NCBI RefSeq assembly: GCF_900095725.1 | Contig: NZ_FMMP01000015.1 | Span: 132,364 to 164,363, forward strand | Direction: 5' to 3' | DNA: 32,000 nucleotides | Source of the DNA: Cellulosilyticum sp. I15G10I2 | Lineage (GTDB): Bacteria > Bacillota > Clostridia > Lachnospirales > Cellulosilyticaceae | In this document: positions 25,833 to 32,000 of the stretch, in pieces | How the letters are laid out: the number at the start of each line of letters is the position of its first letter | How positions within the stretch are numbered: the stretch's first letter is position 1 | Position numbers and translations under genes: made by a program | The notes under the pieces: model-generated | What the model was told of the DNA's origin: nothing | Seen by the model: only the letters and a program-made list of their open reading frames with translations | Databases searched by the model: none

Positions 25833-26839
25833 ATTATAATGAAATTTTAGAACGTATGATGAGTAAAGTACCAAGTAATGTAGATAAGCGTGAAGGGAGT
25901 ATCATCTATGATGCATTGGCACCTTGTGCTTATGAACTTGCTCAAATGTATTTTAGGCTTGATAACTTTCTTAATCTAGTATTTGTAGACACATCTATAC
26001 AAGAATATTTAACACGTTTTTGCAGCGGATTTGGAGTGGAACGTAAAATGGCCACTAAGGCAATTAGAAAAGGAATATTTAATATAGATGTGCCTATTGG
26101 AAGCCGTTTTTCAATACAAAACATTATCTATAAGATAGTAGAGAAGATAGATGCAGGCGTATATAAACTAGAATGTGAGCAGCCAGGAGTAATAGGAAAT
26201 CAATATAGCGGAAGTATGCAGCCAATAGATAATGTTAGCGGTCTTACTAGTGCTAAACTTACAGATATCTTAATAGATGGAACCGATACAGAAACGGATG
26301 AAGCTCTGAGAAAGAGGTTTTACCTAAGAGTACAAATGCCTTCGACAAGCGGAAATGAATATCATTATAAACAATGGACACTTGAAGTAGAAGGAGTCGG
26401 AGACTGCAAAGTATTGCCCCTGTGGAATGGCAATGGAACGGTCAAGATACTTATCGTGGACAATGAGAAAAATCCTGCAACAAATGCTCTTAAGACGAGT
26501 GTGCGAGAGTATATTGAGAAATTTAGACCTATTGGAGCCACCATTACAATTGATACGCCAATAGCCAAAGAAATAAATGTTGGCAGCATATTAACAATTA
26601 ACAGCAGTGTAACATTAGAAGAAGTTACTACAGAGTTTAGACAAAGATTAGCTGACTATTTAAAAGGAATGACTTTTGAGAAAAACTTTGTAAGTTATGC
26701 AATCGTCGGCAGCTTGCTTTTGCAATGCAAGGGAGTTATAGACTATAATCATTTGACACTTAACGAAAATACTGAAAATATAATAGTAACAGACAGTGAA
26801 GTTCCTAGAATAGGAACTATTTCACTTAGTAAGGGGTGA
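25829..26839 (+). CDS. baseplate J-like protein (XkdT-like)
   Basis: 336 aa with a GTG start 5 nt after AAGGAGGTG and a GTGA overlap. The N-terminus ILERMMSKVPSNVDKREGSIIYDALAPCAYELAQMY is typical of the baseplate J family. Confidence 0.8.
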   Translation: MNYNEILERMMSKVPSNVDKREGSIIYDALAPCAYELAQMYFRLDNFLNLVFVDTSIQEYLTRFCSGFGVERKMATKAIRKGIFNIDVPIGSRFSIQNIIYKIVEKIDAGVYKLECEQPGVIGNQYSGSMQPIDNVSGLTSAKLTDILIDGTDTETDEALRKRFYLRVQMPSTSGNEYHYKQWTLEVEGVGDCKVLPLWNGNGTVKILIVDNEKNPATNALKTSVREYIEKFRPIGATITIDTPIAKEINVGSILTINSSVTLEEVTTEFRQRLADYLKGMTFEKNFVSYAIVGSLLLQCKGVIDYNHLTLNENTENIIVTDSEVPRIGTISLSKG

Positions 26840-27390
26840 GTTGTATGTTAATGGACTACTTACCCCTTTACTATGCTCAAAATAATACAATGCTGGAGCT
26901 GCAGACCATACTTGATCAAGAAGTTACTCTAACGGAAGCACAATTGATTGCTGCAGTTGATAACTGTTTTGTTAAAACTTCCACTGAGTTGTTAAGCAGG
27001 TGGGAAAAGATTTTAGGACTACCTATTGATATTACAAAAAGTAATAACTTCAGAAGAGAACGGATCAAGGCTAAAATATTAGGAGTTGGAACGACTACGA
27101 AACAAATGATAGAGGAAACAGCCAAAGCGTATTCTAATGGTGAAGTAGAAGTTATAGAGGATAGTGAAAACTACCGTTTTATCATTAAGTTTGTAGGAAC
27201 TGTTGGTATGCCGCCTAATATGAGTGACTTAACACAGACACTTAAGGAGATTAAGCCTGCTCATTTAAATTATACTTATGAATATATATTTAAAACCCAT
27301 GGTGGCTTAAAACCATATACTTATAGTTATTTAAAGCAATTTACTCATAGACAATTAAGGGAGAGTGATATAAATGGAAGTAACTCCTAA
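26836..27390 (+). CDS. baseplate/tail protein (XkdU/YmfQ-like, DUF2313-type)
   Basis: DYLPLYYAQNNTMLELQTIL...LLSRWEKILGLP matches the XkdU pattern. The real start is probably ATG 26845, 8 nt after AAGGGG. Confidence 0.7.
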   Translation: MSCMLMDYLPLYYAQNNTMLELQTILDQEVTLTEAQLIAAVDNCFVKTSTELLSRWEKILGLPIDITKSNNFRRERIKAKILGVGTTTKQMIEETAKAYSNGEVEVIEDSENYRFIIKFVGTVGMPPNMSDLTQTLKEIKPAHLNYTYEYIFKTHGGLKPYTYSYLKQFTHRQLRESDINGSNS

Positions 27391-28264
27391 TTTAGGCCTA
27401 AAGAAGCCTAATGACAATGAATATTATGATATACAAGATCAGAATAGCAATATGGACGTTATAGATGAACGAATAAGTGGCTTATCGGAAATTGCTACAA
27501 TATCGAAAAATGGACTTATGTCCAAAGATGACAAAGTAAAATTAAATGCACTAGATAATCAAATAGGTAATTTATCTGCACCTGCGACAGCAAGCAAGCT
27601 TGGGCCTATTAAGGTAGGAGCTAATCTATCGATAACCCCAGAGGGATTATTAAGCAGCTTGGCCGCGTATAGTCATCCAACTACCAAACAGTGTAGTTAT
27701 ACTGCTCCGGTTACCAGTGTAGCAGGTAGAACGGGAGCAGTAACACTAGCAAAAGCAGATATAGGCTTAGGTAGTGTAGAAAACTATGGAATAGCAACTT
27801 TGGCAGAGGCACAAGCAGGAGCCAGTGGGACCAAATATATGACTCCGGAAAGGGTAACGCAAGCAATACAGGCATTAGTTCCTAGTGGGCCTGCATGGAA
27901 TACAATAACTTGGGGAAGCTGTTCATTATCACAAAAACAAGAGGATACACTACCTTTTTCGCAAGTACAAGGTAATGCACATACGACTTATTCTGGCAAT
28001 GTAATAACATTTAAACAAGCTGGTACATATATGATTGCATTTGAGACTAGCTTAGCATGGTCAGGATCGATTGGGTATGGAGAGTTGGATGTTGGACCAT
28101 ATGCATTGTCTATTAAAACAGGCAATACCATTCAAGGGTTTGCATTTGGATTTTTTCCTCTATCTGGGGCAGTTAAGATCTGCAGGTATAATAATTTATC
28201 ATCAGGAACTGGAACCTGTAATTTTGGTGTAACACGTGTATATATAGTCAGGTTGTCCCCGTGA
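27374..28264 (+). CDS. tail fibre / receptor-binding protein
   Basis: 296 aa with common Firmicutes fibre motifs: N-terminal PNLGLKKP, GLMSKDDKVKLNAL, and VTSVAGRTGAVTLAKADIGLGSVENYGIATLAEAQAG...KYMTPERV. The C-terminal ~125 aa (27887-28264) is unrelated to these motifs. Confidence 0.75.
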   Translation: MEVTPNLGLKKPNDNEYYDIQDQNSNMDVIDERISGLSEIATISKNGLMSKDDKVKLNALDNQIGNLSAPATASKLGPIKVGANLSITPEGLLSSLAAYSHPTTKQCSYTAPVTSVAGRTGAVTLAKADIGLGSVENYGIATLAEAQAGASGTKYMTPERVTQAIQALVPSGPAWNTITWGSCSLSQKQEDTLPFSQVQGNAHTTYSGNVITFKQAGTYMIAFETSLAWSGSIGYGELDVGPYALSIKTGNTIQGFAFGFFPLSGAVKICRYNNLSSGTGTCNFGVTRVYIVRLSP

Positions 28265-28440
28265 TAATAAGTTATATATATGAATATAGATATTGTGTAA
28301 GTATATAAGATACATATAACAAAGGCGTACTTTATTATTTTAATATTATATGAATAGAAGCATAACATACGTAATAGTATTAGCAAAATTATATGTAGTT
28401 TTTAAACAGTGGATTTAAAAATGTTTTTATAGAAGACTAG

Positions 28441-28734
28441 GTGATATCTGTGGAACTAGATGACTTCATTATATTTATAGGATTGCTATTAACATGTCTA
28501 AACATAGTAGCCTTTTTTATTGGTCGAGCAAAGGATATTAGGGAGTGTACTAGAGATGAAAATAAAGTCTCTACAGACCTTGAAATTGTAAGACGAGGTA
28601 ACGGTAATATACTTATTAAGCTTGATAAAATAGACACTAAGATGGACAATATGCAGGAAAGATTAGTAAGAGTAGAAGAAAGTACAAAACAGGCACATAA
28701 ACGTCTTGATGAGCATCTTATTCAGGATAAATAA
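28441..28734 (+). CDS. small TM plus coiled-coil lysis-associated protein (XhlA-like)
   Basis: One N-terminal TM helix (FIIFIGLLLTCLNIVAFFIG), then a coiled coil (KLDKIDTKMDNMQERLVRVEESTKQAHKRLDEH). The likely start is GTG 28450, 6 nt after AGGTGA. Position is as PBSX xhlA, but the TM is at the opposite end. Confidence 0.45.
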   Translation: MISVELDDFIIFIGLLLTCLNIVAFFIGRAKDIRECTRDENKVSTDLEIVRRGNGNILIKLDKIDTKMDNMQERLVRVEESTKQAHKRLDEHLIQDK

Positions 28735-28812
28735 GCTAAGTAGCAAAGCTTTAGTGAGAAATTAAATAGAGCACAAACAATAAAATACGATAGTAAAGGA
28801 GAAAGAAAGCTT

Positions 28813-29127
28813 ATGATTGAATTTTTAGAAGCTGATATAGGCAATATTTTAGCACTATTTCTATTTGCAGTAGCTTGCATTCTGCTTATAAAAAATGGCT
28901 ATCGAGAAAAGGTCAGGAAAATACTTTTTTTCCTTGTGTGCAGAGCTGAAGATACATATGGAAGCAAGACAGGAACGCTAAAGTATGCGGCCGTAACGAC
29001 GTGGTTATATGAAAAGTTACCTAGTTTGATTAAACTGATCTTTTCTCAAAATGAAATAGATAGAATGCTCGAACAGGCTGTCGAAGAGATGAAAAAGTAT
29101 CTTTCAGAGATAAGAGCAGATAACTAG
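28813..29127 (+). CDS. putative holin (LL-H-family-like)
   Basis: 104 aa after AAGGAG. It has an N-terminal TM helix (ILALFLFAVACILLI), then GSKTGTLKYAAVTTWLYEKL...IDRMLEQAVEEMKK, which resembles LL-H holins. It lies directly upstream of the amidase. Confidence 0.5.
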   Translation: MIEFLEADIGNILALFLFAVACILLIKNGYREKVRKILFFLVCRAEDTYGSKTGTLKYAAVTTWLYEKLPSLIKLIFSQNEIDRMLEQAVEEMKKYLSEIRADN

Positions 29128-29135
29128 GCGGTGAA

Positions 29136-29954
29136 ATGATGAAAATAATGATTGATCCTGGGCATAGAAATAATATCCTTGATTATGGGGCCTGTGGCAA
29201 TGGACAAAAAGAGTCTTATCTAGCTTTGCAAATAAGCCAAAAACTTAAAAAAGAGTTAGAAAAGCATCATATAATATGCTACATGACCAGAGAAACTGAA
29301 AAACAGACAATAAGCATATTAGAAAGAACCACTAAGACATTGAATCTGAAATGTGATTTATTTGTAAGTATACATATTAATAGTGCAGCTAACAATAATG
29401 CTAGTGGGATAGAAGTACTTTATAAAGGAGAAAAAGAGCTTGCTGAAAGTGTGAGTCAGGCAATGAGCACTTCAACGGGAGCTACAAATCGTGGGGCTAA
29501 GCAGCGAACTGATTTAGGTATATTAAATGGATTTGAAAAAGCTATACTTATTGAATGCGGATTTATCAGTAATGCAAAAGAGTGTAAAAAACTAACAGAA
29601 ACTTCCTATCAAGAGAATCTTATCAAAGCAGTAGCAAATACTATTGTAAAAAAGTATAAAATAGTGATAGATAATATTGATTTAGAGTTAAAAGATGCAG
29701 TTAATAAACTCATTGTAAAAGACGTAAAAATTAATGCTGTATCTTGGAACACACTTGAAAAGATGAACTTAAGGTACACAGAGGCACTGGTGGAAAAAGT
29801 AGGAAGGGCAGTATTTAATACTGGAAATTATGCAGATACAATAGAAAAGCTAAATAATATAGAAGTTATTTCAAATAAAATCCTTTGGACTGAAAAAAGA
29901 TTTACTAAAGAAGCTGTTCGAAGTCTTATAATAAAAGTAGCTAATAAAGTATAA
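29136..29954 (+). CDS. N-acetylmuramoyl-L-alanine amidase endolysin (Amidase_3 catalytic domain plus two C-terminal repeats)
   Basis: IDPGHRN...GNGQKESYLAL...DLFVSIHINS...IECGFISN are Amidase_3 zinc and catalytic blocks. The C-terminus holds two ~40-aa repeats (AVNKLIVKDVKINAVSW...EALVEKVGRAV and TIEKLNNIEVISNKILW...EAVRSLIIKVANKV), a likely wall-binding module. Confidence 0.85.
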   Translation: MMKIMIDPGHRNNILDYGACGNGQKESYLALQISQKLKKELEKHHIICYMTRETEKQTISILERTTKTLNLKCDLFVSIHINSAANNNASGIEVLYKGEKELAESVSQAMSTSTGATNRGAKQRTDLGILNGFEKAILIECGFISNAKECKKLTETSYQENLIKAVANTIVKKYKIVIDNIDLELKDAVNKLIVKDVKINAVSWNTLEKMNLRYTEALVEKVGRAVFNTGNYADTIEKLNNIEVISNKILWTEKRFTKEAVRSLIIKVANKV

Positions 29955-30017
29955 TACAAAAGAAGCTGTCCTAAAAGGTAAATAAAGTTTACTTTTTATA
30001 GGGCAGCTTCTTTTGTA
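29955..30017 (+). terminator. long hairpin terminating the late/lysis operon
   Basis: A 19-bp stem, TACAAAAGAAGCTGTCCTA (29955-29973) with TAGGGCAGCTTCTTTTGTA (29999-30017), with one G-U pair. There is no clean U-tract after it. Confidence 0.6.
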
Positions 30018-30128
30018 GTATAGAGAAAAACAAATCTGATTTAACAAGTTGGAAAATTGATTTATAAGGCAAGGAAGGCTATGGTAAGAATGAAGTATTC
30101 GCATAAAAGTTAATTTTGGAGGGATTAT

Positions 30129-30182
30129 ATGGGATTTATCAAAACAACAATGAATGCTATCGGTGGAGGACGTAAATTTTAA
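30129..30182 (+). CDS. 17-codon micro-ORF (MGFIKTTMNAIGGGRKF), function unknown
   Basis: GGAGGG SD (30118-30123) lies 5 nt before the ATG. A terminator follows within about 20 nt of the stop. No family recognised. Confidence 0.3.
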   Translation: MGFIKTTMNAIGGGRKF

Positions 30183-30202
30183 ATAATAAGCATTAGTCCC
30201 TT

Positions 30203-30241
30203 AAAAAGGCAGCAGAACTAATAAAAAACTGCTGTTTTTTT
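30203..30241 (+). terminator. rho-independent terminator after the micro-ORF
   Basis: CAGCAG (30210-30215) pairs with CTGCTG (30229-30234), extended by A-tract/T-tract pairing and followed by a T7 run. Confidence 0.6.
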
Positions 30242-30386
30242 GTAGACTCATTTAAGTACTATTTGCGCAAAGTGAAAGAGAATAAATGTAATTTTCAACA
30301 TATGTCTAAATCCTTTGACAAATCAAAAAACTAAAGTACAATAAAAAGAGGGGATAAATGTTAAAATAGATGGAGGGTAGAGCATT

Positions 30387-31661
30387 GTGGCTGAATTTAA
30401 TTATAGGATATTGATTGTAGATGATAATCATAACAATTTATTTACGCTTAGGGAACTAATTAAACAGTATATTAATGCAGAAGTAATAGAAGCAGATTGT
30501 GGACAAGATGCACTTAAGCTATTATATAGCAGAACTGTAGATTTAATTATTTTAGATATACAGATGGAAGGGATGGACGGTTTTGAAGTAGCAGCCCTTA
30601 TTAAAAAAAGAAAGAAGACAAAAGATATACCCATTGTATTTCTTACAGCTGCTTATAAAAGTGAGGAATTTAGAAAAAGAGGATTTGAAATAGGTGCAGT
30701 AGATTATTTAGTAAAGCCTATCGATGAATACCAACTTATTAATAGGATTAATGTGTATCTTAAACTTATCGAAAAAGAAAGAAATATGAATCTGATACTC
30801 GAACAGAAAGTCAAAGAACAAACTGAGGAACTTAGGCAGGCAAAAGAACAGGCAGAGGCTGCAAACGAGGGCAAAAGTACATTTCTAGCAAATATTTCTC
30901 ATGAACTCAGAACGCCTTTAAATATTATATTAAGTTCTATACAACTCATAGAGTTATATCTTGATAATGAAACCCCGATAGAAAAGAAAAAGTTTAGAGA
31001 AAAGGTACATATACAAAAGCAGAATTGTTATAGACTCTTAAGACTCGTAAATAACCTTATAGATATTACAAAAATAGATACAGGGCACTTTACGCTCAAT
31101 TTTAGAAGATGTAATATTGTAGAGCTTGTAGAGTCTATTACTATGTCTATTGCTCCCTATATGAAAAATAAAGGGATGAATCTTGTATTTGATACGGATA
31201 TAGAAGAGAAAGATGTATACTGTGATTTAGATGCAATAGAGAGAATTGTGCTTAACCTGCTTTCCAATGCGATAAAGTTTACACCGGTGGGAGGCACTGT
31301 TTATGTGCAGTTAAAGGATATAGGAGATGCTATAAGTATTTCTGTAAAAGATACAGGGATAGGTATACAAAAAGATATGTTAGATAAGGTTTTTGAAAGA
31401 TTTAAACAAGGGGATAATTTGCTCACTAGAAGAAATGAAGGAAGCGGCATTGGCTTAAATCTAGTCAGGTATCTTGTAGAGTCTCATGGTGGTCAAATCA
31501 CAGTAAGGAGTGAGTATCAAGAAGGCAGTGAATTTGTTGTTGAAATGCCTGTAAACGATGACAAGCATAGAGAGACAATGGGTGGAATGAGTTATGATTA
31601 TAAAGTAGATAATAATGTTGTTCAGAAGATTAGCATAGAGTTCTCGGATATTTATATGTAA
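30387..31661 (+). CDS. cytoplasmic hybrid two-component protein: N-terminal receiver domain fused to a histidine kinase (HisKA + HATPase_c)
   Basis: GTG start after GGAGGG. REC domain (ILIVDDN...[14 protein letters not shown]...VKP), a coiled-coil linker, H-box [15 protein letters not shown]-box [10 protein letters not shown]1 DTGIGI and G2 GSGIGL. No TM segment. Confidence 0.9.
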   Translation: MAEFNYRILIVDDNHNNLFTLRELIKQYINAEVIEADCGQDALKLLYSRTVDLIILDIQMEGMDGFEVAALIKKRKKTKDIPIVFLTAAYKSEEFRKRGFEIGAVDYLVKPIDEYQLINRINVYLKLIEKERNMNLILEQKVKEQTEELRQAKEQAEAANEGKSTFLANISHELRTPLNIILSSIQLIELYLDNETPIEKKKFREKVHIQKQNCYRLLRLVNNLIDITKIDTGHFTLNFRRCNIVELVESITMSIAPYMKNKGMNLVFDTDIEEKDVYCDLDAIERIVLNLLSNAIKFTPVGGTVYVQLKDIGDAISISVKDTGIGIQKDMLDKVFERFKQGDNLLTRRNEGSGIGLNLVRYLVESHGGQITVRSEYQEGSEFVVEMPVNDDKHRETMGGMSYDYKVDNNVVQKISIEFSDIYM

Positions 31662-31700
31662 TAATACTTAAAACTTAGACAAGAATTAGGAGAGCATATA

Positions 31701-32000
31701 ATGATCAAATTTAAAAATATTAGTATGCAAAGAAGATTAATGATTATTCTTTTGATATGGATAAGCATTTTTATTAGCTTTGGTATTTTTGCGATCAGAC
31801 AGATGAGCTACTTGGGTAATGCAACAAGGTTCATATACAATGACTCACTGCAAGTCTCTAGTGCAGCGATAGAAATAAGAGTAGACATCATTAAAATTCA
31901 AAGAATTACAAGAGACATTATTTTATCAAGAAATGAAGAAGAACTCCAAAAGGGTATAAGTGATATACAGATATTAGATAACAGAATCTTACAGAGTCTG
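31701..32000 (+). CDS. membrane sensor protein, N-terminal 100 codons only (4-helix-bundle MCP/sensor-type N-terminus); runs off the right edge
   Basis: ATG 31701 after AGGAGAG. It has a TM helix (LMIILLIWISIFISFGIFAI) followed by a helical periplasmic-type region resembling 4HB_MCP sensor domains. The output domain is not visible. Confidence 0.5.
   Translation, partial: MIKFKNISMQRRLMIILLIWISIFISFGIFAIRQMSYLGNATRFIYNDSLQVSSAAIEIRVDIIKIQRITRDIILSRNEEELQKGISDIQILDNRILQSL

Larger units (their letters stand above)
16749..30017. mobile_element. head-less PBSX-type contractile phage-tail element (candidate R-type tailocin): switch, late activator, tail module and lysis cassette
   Basis: Colinear Xkd-like gene order from tail terminator to fibre, flanked by an XRE/Cro pair and a lysis cassette. 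No ORF is compatible with terminase, portal, capsid, protease, integrase or replication functions. It is bounded by hairpin terminators at 16749-16799 and 29955-30017 and by housekeeping genes. Confidence 0.75.

Noticed and set aside
19362-28264. Extracellular contractile injection system (PVC/Afp-type) or T6SS-like cluster
   Set aside because: Gene order and motifs are Xkd/PBSX-type. There is no AAA+ ATPase, no ClpV/TssBC-type pair and no toxin payload genes. A phage lysis cassette follows directly.
28132-28386. 84-aa minus-strand ORF across the fibre 3' end and the AT-rich gap
   Set aside because: It is antisense to the fibre gene, has no SD and an Ile/Tyr/Leu-rich AT-driven composition. 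It is most likely spurious.
28350-28418. 22-codon plus-strand ORF (MNRSITYVIVLAKLYVVFKQWI) as a possible small holin or fibre chaperone
   Set aside because: There is no SD upstream (TAATATTAT precedes the ATG) and it lies in a very AT-rich spacer. Support is insufficient.
16749-30017. Intact or merely defective prophage (PBSX-like with heads)
   Set aside because: No ORF of suitable size or sequence exists for terminase, portal, protease, capsid, adaptors, integrase or replication. Only two small ORFs lie between the regulators and the sheath gene. The tail-only reading fits better.
15968-30386. attL/attR direct repeats or a tRNA integration target flanking the element
   Set aside because: I could not find a shared direct repeat of 12 nt or more between the two junctions by eye, and no tRNA-like sequence is present. 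This needs a computed alignment, so absence is not proven.
200-30634. Short ORFs in the six-frame track lying inside or antisense to larger genes: 200-421, 312-530, 1471-1707, 1965-2189, 4095-4307, 4502-4843, 4566-4754, 5114-5317, 5245-5505, 6320-6592, 10747-11025, 12522-12707, 13758-13961, 14449-14646, 15610-15888, 17645-17905, 22480-22764, 22537-22815, 23493-23741, 23629-24069, 25942-26124, 26365-26589, 26916-27125, 28437-28649, 29871-30104, 30428-30634
   Set aside because: All overlap well-supported genes, lack SD sequences and have odd, low-complexity compositions. They are shadow ORFs.
1-32000. CRISPR arrays, rRNA/tRNA genes, IS elements or known defence-system signatures (RM, Abi, TA, CBASS-like)
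   Set aside because: No regularly spaced repeats, no structured-RNA gene signatures, no transposase or recombinase ORFs and no recognisable nuclease/ATPase defence domains were seen on either strand.

Overview
AT-rich, Firmicutes-type chromosomal window; cotS, yabG and a SipL-like gene point to a spore-forming Clostridia-like host. No rRNA, tRNA, CRISPR array, transposase or integrase was seen. Positions 1-16000 are ordinary chromosome: the end of an amino-acid ABC transporter operon (minus strand), a membrane-anchored hypothetical, a CotS-type spore-coat kinase, a PEGA-domain membrane protein, a PgcA-type phosphoglucomutase, the yabG / SipL-like spore morphogenesis pair, ispE, a GntR/FCD regulator, a second phosphohexomutase paralogue with manA, and a CPBP intramembrane protease. 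Positions ~16750-30020 are the main item. This is a compact element with a divergent XRE repressor/Cro-like switch and a sigma-region-4-like late activator. These are followed by a complete, colinear PBSX (Xkd)-type contractile tail module: tail terminator, sheath, tube, chaperone with a -1 frameshift extension, tape measure, LysM XkdP, XkdQ/R/S/T/U and fibre. A XhlA-like/holin/amidase lysis cassette closes it. It has no terminase, portal, protease, capsid, replication or integration genes. I read it as a head-less phage-tail-like bacteriocin (R-type tailocin, diffocin-like architecture), not a prophage. The right edge carries a micro-ORF, a cytoplasmic REC-histidine kinase hybrid and the start of a membrane sensor. 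All family assignments come from motif and architecture recognition by eye; no database search was run.
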